Positions 1 to 11,840 are shown, numbered from the stretch's first letter. The stretch: 64,000 nucleotides of DNA from Octopus vulgaris (GCA_951406725.2 OX597817.1:115692001-115756000), one strand, 5' to 3'. The notes: a model not told the origin generated them from the sequence alone. Translations and numbers: made by a program.

Positions 1-262
1 ATCGAAATGCATCGAAATGGGATTAAAAAGCTTCGAAGGACGAGCCAATCTCCTGACATGAACCCGATGGAAAATATTTGGAACATACTAGATAGAGCTA
101 TGCGAAAAACTCGACAGAAACCTAAATCTAAAGATGAAATGTTTCGATTGTTGCGTGAAAAGTGGGCAGAAATTCCACAAGAGAATCACAAAGCTCATCT
201 GTTCAATGCCAAATAGAGTTTCTAAATTAAAAACTGCACAGGGAATGTCAACTAAACACTAA
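1..262 (+). pseudogene. Tc1-family transposase, C-terminal remnant cut by the window start
   Basis: ORF 7..216 has SQSPDMNPMENIWNIL, matching the Tc1 SPDLNPIE motif with the catalytic E. After a frameshift near 185 it continues ITKLICSMPNRVSKLKTAQGMSTKH* (TAA 260-262), like the typical Tc1 end SMPxR...GxxTKY. Confidence 0.85.
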
Positions 263-631
263 AGTATGTAGTCCTACCTATCGATTACATTTCAATTGTT
301 TGCTTTGAGTGTTATATAAAAGATTTTGAAAATTCAAGGTGTCTATTTACTCCCTGCATGTCTTTCTGTCTTTAATTCTTTTTCCTTCCCTTACGGAAAG
401 TATTTTTACTCCCCTTATTCCTTACTTGTATAGAGTCCTTTAAATTTGCGCTTCTCCTCTCCTCTCCTCTCGCTCACCTCTTTCTATCGCTAATTGTTAT
501 ATGTTAGATCCTCCCTTTTCTTTTTCTTTCCCCCATCTGCGTTTTAAAATTTACTTCTCATCTACATGTATACACCAAGTGACTTCTGCATGCGAGCATG
601 ATTGCGTACATATGCACACATATATATATGT

Positions 632-667
<36 letters not shown>

Positions 668-1035
668 TGTGAACATTTACGTCTTACAAATATATGTCTG
701 TATATGTATGCAGTCTGTGTACATCCATCTGTGTATTTTGATGTATATATGTATATTGATTGTTTAATATGCGTATACACTGTTGTAAAGTATTTATGTA
801 ATGCAGCGTGAAAATTTTAATTTTTAATGTATTAATTGTATTAATTGAATTAAATTTCGTATACAATTATTTGTAATGCGTATTTTGAATCCACTCTTCG
901 ATTTAAGGTTTTCCCTCGATTTTTATAATAGGACGAATTTGTATTGAATTCATTTATTTTGTTTATTTTGTTTATTGCATGCTTAAGACCAACTAGTTTT
1001 GACCATAACGTTATTTTTGTTCTATTTTAACAAAA

Positions 1036-1073
1036 CTGTCCGACGAAAGGGAACGTGAAACTCTGGGTAACAG
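1036..1073 (+). ncRNA. Type I hammerhead ribozyme motif (U4C core variant) in a Penelope-like 3' tail
   Basis: CTGT | CCGACGA | AAG-GGAA-CGT | GAAA | CTCTGGGTA | ACAG. Stem I CTGT/ACAG is perfect and the triplet is GUA. Followed by AATAAA (~1100) and (TA)n. Confidence 0.65.
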
Positions 1074-2081
1074 GTTTTGTTATATTTCTGCTAACTTTAA
1101 ATAAAGTATATATATATATATATCAGTGGCGTGCGGTGACTTCCGGCGTTGGACATGCAATTAATTTCATTGACACCCCCCCCCCCCGGCAATTTTTCAG
1201 TAAAACATTTTCGTGTTCCTACGATTTACATATAAGAGATTCTGAATATGCAGAATAAACAGGGAATAAAAAATGGCTGTGCAGAGATGATCCTGAAATA
1301 AGTGTATTGTTTGTATTATACTTTGCTCTTCGAAACGTCAGTACTTTCCCATCCTCATTCTCCCTTAGAAAAGTCTAAAAATCATAAGTGAAATGTAATA
1401 AAGATGAAATTGGATTCTGTCAATATTTTTGCATATTCAGAATCTCTATTAAAGGTAGGAATCCGAAAAAAAAATTCACATAAATTCGTTTTTCAAAGGG
1501 GTGCGATTCTGCATTAGCCCCTATACCTATCGGTTGAGCTGAATGAAATGATTTAATTAAAAGAACACATTTAGTTACATTATATGGCCATGGTTTTAGA
1601 TCGTTACGCTCTCGAAGACAAGTCAGGTGCTTTATCATGCTACTTGTCAATTCCGGGAAAATTATTGACTGTTCTGAGACTTACTGAACTCCGTACATTA
1701 AAGGACTACGTCTCACGCACACACATTGAAAATACACGCATATACATGAATACGCACACAATGAAAGACAGCGAAAATTCAACATTGTAAAAAGCCTCCC
1801 AAAACTGTTGTGGCAGAAGTCAACATCTCTGAGATTGAAACAAGACACTTATTGAAAGTGAAACAAAACACTTATTTACGGCCGTAAATAGACTACACCC
1901 AGCAGCACAGAAAGGGAAATCTATGTAGGTTAGGTTTCACGAAGAAATCAAAACATTTCTCCTGCGAAACAATACTGATGTAAGAAGGTCGAACCTTACG
2001 TTATAACAAACACTAAGCAAAACCTGTAATATATGCTCATTAATATATTATTTTTTTTAATGTTTTAAAATGTTACTTAGC

Positions 2082-4208
2082 TCATTTATAAATTAATTCA
2101 ATTCTTCGATCTTTCTGGGCAATATATATCTATCACATTTTCATAGAAATCTTCTCTTTTCATCAATTCTTGTAATAAATCTTTTTCAATTGACATTAGT
2201 GCTAACCCAGACAGTCTTCTGTCTCCTGTCGCATTTCTTTGGTATGTTTTAATTCTACTTAAAGTAGAAAAGGATCGCTCTACAGAAGCAGTGGTAGACG
2301 GAATTGTCAAAATCAACTTGCACAGACTGAAGAGTTCTGGCATAGCTTCAACAAGATCAGTGCTGTTAATGTAACTCATTAAATGACTTACACTTGGTTT
2401 TTTAAAATCTTTCATTGAATACATCACATTGAGCTCACTTTGTAATCGTATTACATCAAAAAATCTGCCATAAGTTGTTCTTAAAGAATCTAAAGAGTCC
2501 ACGGGAAATTGTTTGCAATACTCATCAACTTTGTTGAAATTCAAAAGTTCAATGAATTTAAACTCTTCTATAGATGAATATCGTGCTTTTATTTGGTCAA
2601 CTATTGTACTTATAATTGTGTTATAAAGAGTTCTATAATGTCGTTGGGGATCAATAGATATGTTCTTGGATCTCTGAATTCCGATTCCTGCATCAACTCC
2701 ATATTTTTCCCCTAACCTATCATAAAAGACTGAAAAATTATCAAGTTTGTTTTCGAGTACAGTTCCAGTTTTATCTATTTGCTGTTTACAATACACTATG
2801 TCATGACTTTTACTCTGGAGTATGTTAAATAAGACGTCAGTAAAAGAAGAAATGTCACTGAATACCTCTAACAAAAATAAGAAATCAGGAGCTTTTAAAG
2901 TGTGTAAGAATCCAATTGCTGAATTTATGGTGGTATCATCCCATGCTTCAGGATTTTCAATGATGTGTTCAAAAAGGCTGATTTTGAAATTATAATTTTC
3001 CTTTGTGGTAATAATAAGACGTGAGGAGTAATTCCATCTAGTTGCTGTTGCTTTCGGAAATCTTTTTTTAACAATGTTATCTAATGCATTAGCCCTTTTT
3101 GGTGATTTCGTAAAAAATGTACCGAGTCCGTTTATTGTAGAAAAAAATATCTTGCATTCTATCATAGCAGAGCATGATTGTGAAAGAACTAAATTTAGGA
3201 TATGGGCACAACAATGAATAAATATCGCACATTCATATTTCTTTCATACTTTTGCCTGTAACCCATTTAGTTGTCCTGCTATTGTAGCGGCACCATCATA
3301 TGTCTGCGCAATCAATTTGTTTCCACATCCCCACGTCTCAATGCATTTAAAAACATGTTCAGATAAAGCATTTGCAGATCGATCTGCACTAACATCACTA
3401 AAACCGATAAATCGTTCTTTCGTCACACAGTCTTCTGTAACATAACGTAAAACTGTTGACAGTTGTGAAGATGCTGAGACATCAGATGTCTCATCAACAA
3501 GAATAGAAACAAACTTAGCTTGGTCAATTTCCTTCTGCATCTCATTAAACACAACTTTATGAATTGCTTCGATCAAGTCATTTTGAATTCTGTTCGACAG
3601 ACCAGTGAAGATAGAAGCTGTATCTAAATGACTTTCCATTTTTTGTCATATTTACTGATCAAACAAACGAGTTCTTTATAATTTCCCCGATTATTAGAGC
3701 CTTCAGATTCAAAATGACCCCGAAACGATAATTCCTGGAGGCCTAAAAAAAATAACAACATCGATCAATCGTTGCAATATGGATCTGTTTCGTCGAACTT
3801 TCTCATTATGCTGTTGTATGCTTTGATTTTTACGTGCATCTAATTGTAAGTCTATGCGAACATTCCCGAATATTTTAAGGTCTATCAAACATTTTATATG
3901 CTCGTGCTTTAGCATAGCCATATGTAAATTATTTAAATCATCATAGCCTTTATCATTCCAAACATTTTTTCTAAGCCAAAAAGTAAACACGGCCAACAGA
4001 ATAATTTATTAAGAGCAACACTTCCAGTTAACCATTTCTTCTTTTCATACGAATTAACCTGAAATTGTCTCGTGAATTTCTTGTAGCTTCGCAAATTAGG
4101 TAAATTCGGTGTTGGTCTCCCACGATTTATAATTAATTTTTTCCCATCGAAGCCCCTTTTAGAAAAACTAGTTCTCAAAATATCGTTTATAACACACATT
4201 TCACTCAT
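2082..4208 (-). pseudogene. hAT transposase, roughly 700 aa when reconstructed, disrupted by 3 frameshifts and 1 stop
   Basis: Pieces join as TTF-type Zn finger (KWLTGS..LFCWPCLLF), FRGH..GNYKEL, SNRIQNDLI, VDETSD, QTYDGA, in-frame TGA at 3244-3246, then IHCCAHILNL (CxxH), ATRWN, TASVERSFSTL (hATC), RLSGLALMSIE, and a frameshifted end AQKDRRIELIYK*. Confidence 0.93.
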
Positions 4209-4524
4209 TTTGAAAAAGGCTGCTCTTATTTAAGGACCCACGTGGAAGCGCCGGCGTAAATTTTAAGTCAATTTCAACAAAATGGAAAAATACCCTTTGT
4301 TAAAGTAATTTAAGATTAATTAGCTATTTCTGAAATAAGAAATATAATATAGATATTTTTGTTTTCAAAACTTTCTAAAAATATGATAGTGCAAACGGAT
4401 GTTTTGGATTTCAGACTTACATGCGAAGGCTATTCCAACATTTCAGCTGGCTCACTAAAGAATTATGGGACGGCTCTTGTTCCGGTCAAAATAGCCAGAG
4501 AGGCGTGATATGCGGTCTTAGCAC

Positions 4525-4780
4525 AGCATGACACGCCAAACTGAATTTTTCAAATCACTGAGAGAGAAGGGGGTGACCATTCCTCCTAGCATATCTTTTA
4601 AACAAGTCATTAAGAGAGAGAGGAAGAAGGGATAAACTATCAAAGACAGAGAGAAGGGGTCTCATGCTGTCTTCCCAACGCATGACAAGCGATAAATTTA
4701 TCGAGTCACTAAGATAGAGAGAGAGAGAGGAAGGAAGGACAAACTAATACAGACAGAGAGGGAGTGTGTATCATGCGATC
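4525..4780. repeat. Diverged subterminal direct repeats inside the hAT end
   Basis: GCATGACA...TCACT(G/A)AGA occurs at ~4527 and ~4680. AAACTA..AGACAGAGAG..GG..TCATGC occurs at ~4635 and ~4741. Confidence 0.55.
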
Positions 4781-4909
4781 TTCTAAAAGCATTTATCAAA
4801 GCAGATGTACGAAGGGGAGACAATATTTCTAAAACAACTGGACGTACTTTCTTTGAAACAAAGAAGGCATGCAGCGCATACCTTGCATTGCTGAGAGTGC
4901 ACGCCCCTG

Positions 4910-4943
<34 letters not shown>

Positions 4944-4991
4944 TATATATGGATAAACACATATTACTTTTTATTATTATTATCATATGTG

Positions 4992-5083
<92 letters not shown>

Positions 5084-5559
5084 CATACATACAAACATAC
5101 ATATCTTTGTGGAGTTAGCGGTTACAATAACCGTCGGAGGGATAAGAACATCCGTTTTATTACCGGTGTAATTTACCTGTGTTAGCCCTGGGCATACATA
5201 TGAAAGCATACTATGCTCATAGGATACAGACAATAGAAAAAATAACCAAGGGTTTATAGGGAATCAAATTTAAATTAAGCGGACGGAGAAATCTTGATCA
5301 AAAACAATTGTCTACCATCGATTACATTTTTATACAAAACTTTATCCCATCTAACAGCCATTTCTACCCTCCAATATCCGAGTGTTGCCAAAGAAAATTC
5401 TAAGAATAATATTCGTCATATTTTATAACACATCCGATCTGTTACATGGAGCTACATCAGAGTGAAGTAAAATATATAAATATATGAAAGGGGGTGAAGA
5501 GGTTATATTAAGGAGAGATAGATTAATAAATGAGAGGCGAGAGAAATAATCAGAGAGAC

Positions 5560-5744
5560 AGAGGGAGAAAAGGGTGTGAATAGGTTGGCTCTAGGCCATT
5601 CTTTCCACATAAGTAATGTTTGTGTAAAGTTTGGTGAAAATCAGTTGAAAACTGTAGAAATGCATACGTACTACACACTCAAGCACAGACGCGCACGCGC
5701 ACATACACAGACAACATTAGTTTTATATATATTAATATATAGAT
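5560..5744 (-). mobile_element. Helitron/DINE-1-like non-autonomous element end
   Basis: AAGTTTGGTGAAAATCAGTTGAAAACTGTAG ... ACAGAC ... TTTTATATAT...ATAGAT is the reverse-complement layout of the starts at 48864 and 49440. Confidence 0.45.
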
Positions 5745-6915
5745 AATCACATCCTCAGAGATTGCATCTTAACTTTTATTGGTGTATGAGACAGAGGAAT
5801 CTCAAGCACAAAAGTGATCAAATCTTTATTTTCATAAATAAAATTATTCATAATTGAATAACCAAGATGATATATTAAAGTGTGTAAAATAATACAATCG
5901 ATATATGCAAAAGAGATTATAAATACAAATGAATGTTTAAGTATCTTAAATTTTAACTTGTTCCGCTATTATATATTGCAAGTAAACATGTTATAAACCC
6001 AACGAATGAGGTCAGGATGTCAGGCATAGATACATATCGAGTAAACGTTTCGGAGAAATAATTAGTTCAGAGAGTGTTCCAGAATATTACTTGTTTTCAG
6101 TTTTGTTATATATTAAATAAAAAATTAAAAATAAGCTTAACCTTGGGAACACCTAAATGTGTGTGAAGCACTATATATAGATATTCTTAAACGACTAAGT
6201 TACTGCATTCATATTTGAAATAAAGGATTTTTTCAGATGCTCTTTTAATTTCCGTTCTCATGTTGCGTGCAAAATAGCCTTAAGTGTTATCCCTTACGGC
6301 TTCTAGATTCCGATTGTTGTATGTAAGTCACTGTTAGGAACTGATATCATGTGGACTACTTATGAAACTCTTTGAATATATATGCTGATAAAGGTGTGAT
6401 GTAGAAGTAATAATGTAACGAAAAGTGTTTTAGCAAATGAAGAATAGACAATATGAAGAATATGGTGAAAATCATGCTTTTGATTGCGAAAAATATAATA
6501 AACAGGCTTGGTGGTGCTGCTGTTTCTATGATCTCCAAATCTTACGGAATTTGATTAATTGAATGCTGCGTTTAGTATAGATAGCTGTTTGGATAGGTCG
6601 TGCAAATTCCAGTGGTAATGATATGCTAAATGTTCAGATAAAACTCTTCAAACATCAAATGCCGGTTTCCGTCTCACACAGAATATAACAAACGCGGTTT
6701 CAAGTCGAGTATTGAAAATGAAATAATTTATTGAAATTAATTCCATAGGAAATTCAGTTATTCCTTGGTTTATTACAAATGTCCCCTAATTTCAAAATAC
6801 ACTGGATACATTAAAATAAAGATGATAACTTTTTGCCACAATATAGCTACAGGCTGAATCAACTAAGATGGTAATTTTTGTACGGAAAGGTGACGACTAT
6901 ATTTATATATAACAT

Positions 6916-6989
<74 letters not shown>

Positions 6990-7506
6990 ATATATTATTA
7001 ATTGAATTTAAATTATTGTTATTCGAATTGGTACAGCCATGAAGCGATCGTAGTGTTTTACTCTTAATCTTTTATTAAACTTTTAATACTTTTGATATTT
7101 ATATAAAATAATAATAATAATAATAAAAAATAAATAAAATAAAATAATAAATAGTAAATAATAAATAAAAAAGATAAAAATAAAAATCAATAAATTAATT
7201 ATTTAAACAAAATAAAATAAAATATAAATATAAAAATATACATACATATATATATATATATTTGTATATATATATTTAAAATTTATAAGTTTAAATTATT
7301 TTAATAATTTTTAAAGTTTTTAACTTTTATATTTTAAAATTAATTTTATGTATTGGCTTATGTTTTTTCACTGTTTGATTTGCCTAATAGTGGTTTTATC
7401 TCTAATTTAATATAATATAATATAATATATTTATACTATAAAATTGGATTTAATCCTAAATCTAATTTTTCCCTGTAAGTTTGGATTTATTCCCAAATAT
7501 TATTAT

Positions 7507-7555
<49 letters not shown>

Positions 7556-7557
<2 letters not shown>

Positions 7558-7849
7558 CGCAATGGCCCAGTGGTTAGGACAGCGGACTCGCAGTCGTAGG
7601 ATCGCGGTTTCGATTCCCAGACTGGGCGTTGTGTGTGTTTATTGAGCGAAAACAACTAAAAGCTCCACGAGGCTCCGGCAGGCGGTGCTGATCCCGGCTG
7701 TACTCTTTCACCACTCTTTCTCTCTTTCTTCTGTTGGCCAGCTCGCTTAGCCACCGGGGTGGCGTCGTTCGAAGGTTAAAACCATGCGAACGCATTGTGA
7801 CCAGCGATGTGTAGCAACATCTCATGGTCTGGTCGGTCACGTGATAAGT

Positions 7850-7858
<9 letters not shown>
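7556..7858 (+). mobile_element. tRNA-derived SINE, apparently complete
   Basis: A box TGGCCCAGTGG, B box GTTTCGATTCC, a unique body, and a 3' duplicated GTCACGTGATA. Lies between (TG)n and (TA)n tracts. Confidence 0.85.
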
Positions 7859-7886
<28 letters not shown>

Positions 7887-7887
<1 letters not shown>

Positions 7888-8001
7888 CAAAGTAGAGTTG
7901 TAAGGTATCGCACGAGTGGAATTATATACGAAAGAATGTTTGAAAATGCAATTTTAAAAGATGTTTATTTACTTTACCGGTTTCACTCTTTAGAAAAGTA
8001 A
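7887..8001 (-). mobile_element. Penelope-like 3' tail with decayed hammerhead
   Basis: Minus strand reads TTACTTTT CTAAAGA GT GAAA CCGG TA AAGTAA ATAAA, with palindromic stem III ACCGGT, stem I TTACTT/AAGTAA and stem II lost. Ends at (TA)n. Confidence 0.5.
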
Positions 8002-8026
8002 CATGTAAAAGTTTGGTTGTGTTAAT

Positions 8027-8462
8027 TATTGGTTGTCACAAAATGCTACAATGCATATATACATTCTTTGGTAACAAGAACATATAAAGGACATAAAAAA
8101 GTTTAACAAGTTCATTAAACTATTGGGTACAAAAGATTACAGCATAAATATACATTCTCAAGAAAATCTTAAGGATAGTTTCCAGAAGGAATTATTAAAA
8201 AGTTCAGTGGAATATTGGTATTGTATCTGTATATTCATACACGCACAGAATATTGGTTGTCACAAAATACTCCAATGCATATATACCTTCTTTGGTAACA
8301 AAAACATGTTAAGAACATGAAAAGGTTTAACAAGTTCATTAAAATATTGGGCACAAAAGATTACAACATTTATATACAATCTCAAAAAAATGTTAAAGAT
8401 AGTTTCCAGAAGGAATTACTAAAACTTTCAGTGGAATATTGGTATACACGCACAGAATATTA
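8027..8462. repeat. Tandem duplication, unit ~215-225 bp
   Basis: TATTGGTTGTCACAAAAT...GATAGTTTCCAGAAGGAATTA...TACACGCACAGAATAT is repeated at ~8027 and 8251. It produces the paired ORFs GTKDY..KDSFQKELLK. Confidence 0.9.
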
Positions 8463-8527
8463 TGAGTTCCCAAAAGTTTACATTATAGTAGTAGGGGAGC
8501 TCAAACTGACCTGGTCCACCACGTTAT

Positions 8528-8579
<52 letters not shown>

Positions 8580-8580
<1 letters not shown>

Positions 8581-10030
8581 CAGATAAATTAAGATAAATT
8601 AAGAAATGGAGTAAAACGTAGACGTTATTTAAATCTGAATCAGAACTTCCCATCATGACATCAAAACTGTCATGCGTATCTTTACGGACCCACAGATACT
8701 TTTCAAATTTAATGATTGATTTTCTGGGACTTTAAAAGATAATTACTCTAAAAATAAGGTATCTCCTAGTAAAACTGTTTGGTTGATAATTCCATATGCG
8801 AAAAAAGATCAAATCCAACCTCACTTACCAGTTTTGTGAAGCTATATATAAAAATTTTCCCAAATATTGAAGATACCATTCTATTGTCAATTCACGCTGA
8901 ATTTGAATAGGGTTTTCAAACACCAAATTCATTTCACAAATCATCTCTTCTGATAACAATAAGTTGTTAAATACAAATCCACTTAATGAAAATAATAACA
9001 TTGATATCATTAACACTAACCATTCTTTGAACAATAATAGCAACAATATTAGCATTTCTTATATAAATACGAATCGCATTCGTTTCCTTAGCAGTAATTC
9101 TAAGACTAGAAACTCTCTTTATCAATGTAAAATTACTTCCGGTTCTGATGTCGTTCTTTACATAGGTTGTCCTTCATCATAGTTGTCCAAAGGAATATCT
9201 AATATTACTCTAGATCTAGACATATCAATAAACGCAACAATACTGGGCTTAGTAAATTAATTTGGTCTCTATAAGAACATAATAAATATTTTGGTTTGAA
9301 ATGGAGCATTATATCTATACCATTTCTATATGATAAAGGAAATCCTTTTGTCCGCTCTGTACAGAAGAGCAGTATCTCATTCTGTTCTCAGAGAATTCTC
9401 TTGTAAACACCTTTAAAGAACGCGTTTATCGTTGCAAACATTGGCAAAAACATACCTTTAGTTCCTATAAGTAGTTTCTAACTATCTATAAAATTTGACT
9501 TTTGATTATCTTCTTACATTTCATTTCCATTACGTACATCTATTTACACACCTTTAATCTTTCTTTCCACTCATCTATCGCCTTATATATCTCCACTCTT
9601 AATTTTCTGTTAAGTTCTTTATTTCTCCTCCTTTCGTTCTCTAAATTGCCTTTGACATTAAATCTAATAACGGTTGTTTAAAAAATAACGTGCCCTTCAT
9701 CATATACTCGGTAATCACATTCGGTTAAAATGGCTTATTGAGGTGTTTTGTTTCTCTTTTTCCCCTGACGAGATTATTGCAGTGCTTTACATAATTTTAT
9801 TCCCTCAGGAATAATACCAATGTTTTCTTCGAAACATTTGTCGGAAGCATAAAGATTTGAATAACACCTGCCTTTTACTCCATTTCTTAATTTATCAATG
9901 TGATACAAAAACATTTAACTAAAGTCTGGAACTTCTACCTTTATAAGTAGGGTGTAGCATCATTGGCACTTACGTGAATTTTTGCTACCCTGGTAACTAT
10001 TTATTTATTTTGTGCATGTTATTTGTACAC
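8580..10030 (+). mobile_element. Decayed 5'-truncated Penelope-like retroelement (GIY-YIG endonuclease end, 3' UTR and hammerhead)
   Basis: Fragments read SLYQCKITSGSDVVLYIG (GIY-YIG), TGLSKLIWSL..LKWSII, CPLCTEEQYLI and RCKHWQK, matching the PLE endonuclease C-terminal pattern. A hammerhead follows at 9760-9847. Confidence 0.75.
9760..9847 (+). ncRNA. Type I hammerhead motif with canonical core and expanded stem II
   Basis: TTCCC CTGACGA (9765-9771), a G...C-closed 59-nt insert containing hairpin TTATTCC-CTCA-GGAATAA, then GAAA (9831-9834) CATTTG TC GGAAG. GUC triplet; stem III ACA/TGT. Confidence 0.7.
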
Positions 10031-10034
10031 ACAT

Positions 10035-10413
10035 ATATATTTGTTAAAGAGGACAGCAAACGTGAAGGCGAGACAATCATCTCAAGTCATATACGTTATT
10101 ATTATTGGAAAAATTGCTACAGCTGTTTCTGGGATATCCCAGAGTATGCGATATTCCGTCATCAGAGACAAATAGGGAAAATGTGAAGGGTGTAGATTAA
10201 TGAAACGACGACATAGAGGACAGGAGTAAAGGAATAAATAAATGAAAAGAGAGAAGAAAAAAGAAGCATACACGTTCACAGTTTCATTAATCTATTCCAT
10301 TCTCATTTTCCCTATTCATTTCTAATGACGGAATATCCCATATTCTGGGATATTCCAGAAACAAAAATGCCTGTCTTGCCTTATAGTTCGTTGTTCTCTT
10401 TAACAATTATATA
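10035..10413. mobile_element. Foldback PLE-derived element with two inverted hammerhead motifs
   Basis: Arms 10035-10206 and 10281-10413 are imperfect reverse complements (TTGTTAAAGAG...AGACA / TGTCT...CTCTTTAACAA; TAGATTAATGAAAC / GTTTCATTAATCTA). Minus CTGATGA at 10159-10165 with GAAACAGCTGTA; plus CTAATGA at 10322 with GAAA at 10358. Confidence 0.8.
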
Positions 10414-10723
10414 TCCGCTATACCGGAAATCTTCAACGGCTCTACAACTGCCGTCTCGGCTACAATCTTGGATACCTAGCAATCCATTACAGACATCACC
10501 TAACGTACCTAATAATTTAGATGATCTGTGAACTATACCCCCATACTTTATATATATATATATATATATTTAACTACAATTAGAATATTTACAATATCGT
10601 TCGAATTCGTATTATTGTTCAGTGCAATATCAACATTTTTAGATTTAATGTTTGCAAATTAACTCAGAAGTTTAGTGCAGCTTTGAAAGAAGGAAACGTG
10701 CTTTAATATTATTTTAGGCGTAA

Positions 10724-10910
10724 GGTGGCAAGCAGACAGAATTGATAGTATGCCGGGCAAAATGCATAGCGGCATTTTGTCCGACTTTACGTTCCAAGTT
10801 CAAACTGTATTGAGGCCGACTTTGCTTTTCATCCGCTAGTGAGGGATGAATTAAGTATCAGTGATGCTCCTCCCCCAAAGCTGCTGGCCTTGTTGCAAAT
10901 TTTGAAGCAA
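10724..10910 (+). mobile_element. SINE family A copy (Nin-like domain), diverged
   Basis: GGTGGCAAGCAGACAGAAT..GCCGGGCAAAATGC..GAGGCCGACTTTGCTTTTCATCC; homologous to the copy at 32810. Confidence 0.75.
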
Positions 10911-11840
10911 GTTTATTTTAGGCGGTAGTCGCGTGAAAATAATAATGCATTGGGTTTACAATATTTAGTCTTGCATTTCAAATCTCTCCAAAGTTAATCT
11001 TACCAGTGCTACGACGTTCAAGGATGCTTTCAATAATTTATACTTTATCAAAGTACAGACAGATCTAAAAGTGTAAAAAAAAATCAATATTAATTTATTT
11101 GGACTTGTAAAATTATGATCAATTCTAAAAGAGACAATAGTGTATTTAATGGTTTCTTATTTTATCCGTTATAGAGGAATTCAAGTTTTAAGCGGTATAA
11201 AACAAAATTCGATACTTAATATGACAAATTTCTGTATGAATTCGTATCTGAGATATATAACTAGTCTAGCAATAATTGACTATTTAGTTTAAGGTCAATC
11301 CTGGTTAAGCACCCCGATAATCAAACAGGCTACAGCAGCAAACATCCAGTGTTTTTAGAAGTCTCTAGGCTTACGTTTACGAATGTGCTCTTTACTTTTT
11401 ATGACGATAAGTTCCGTTTTGAGAGAAATTTTTAAAAGGTCGAGATACTGCTTGCAGACACTATTGACTTTCTTTAATATAGCCGAAACATCTGGTTTAT
11501 TTTACTATCTGATATCTTTATCTTAGATCGTATGAAAAATATATAGTGTAAATATTGAAATAAACATTATATAAAATAGCTTCTATGTTAAAATCAATGC
11601 TACCTTAGCATTATAAATGTCACACAGCACCATTATCAGATATCTTATTTCCGATACATTAATGAATTTGCTATAATGGCAAATCATATATTACTGAAAT
11701 TGAAAAATTGTCGGAACGGTGTTTAACTCACGCTAAAATGTTATGTCATTTATCTCTTCATTTTTCATAATTCCTATTAATTCAACGTAGCCCTACGGCT
11801 GGCAAGATTATAATATATTCTAAGATTATTATAATTACTT

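Larger units (their letters stand above)
1124..4909 (-). mobile_element. Full-length hAT DNA transposon (ZMYM1-like/DUF4371 transposase type)
   Basis: TIRs CAGTGGCGTGC (1124-1134) and GCACGCCCCTG (4899-4909; reverse complement CAGGGGCGTGC, 10/11 match). ATATATAT flanks both ends (1116-1123, 4910-4917), consistent with an 8-bp hAT TSD. Encloses a transposase. Confidence 0.9.

Noticed and set aside
501-866. ORFs rich in YI/IY/CV repeats, also at 4783-5233, 11840, 16266-16617, 26332, 50796-51227 and 55268-55797
   Set aside because: These are translations of (TA)n and (TG)n microsatellites, which lack stops.
2098-3165. Host ZMYM1-like gene
   Set aside because: It is intronless, disrupted and enclosed by TIRs and a TSD, so it is a transposon rather than a domesticated gene.
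7556-7630. Possible tRNA gene
   Set aside because: It has A and B boxes but no clean acceptor stem or terminator, and it continues into a SINE body.
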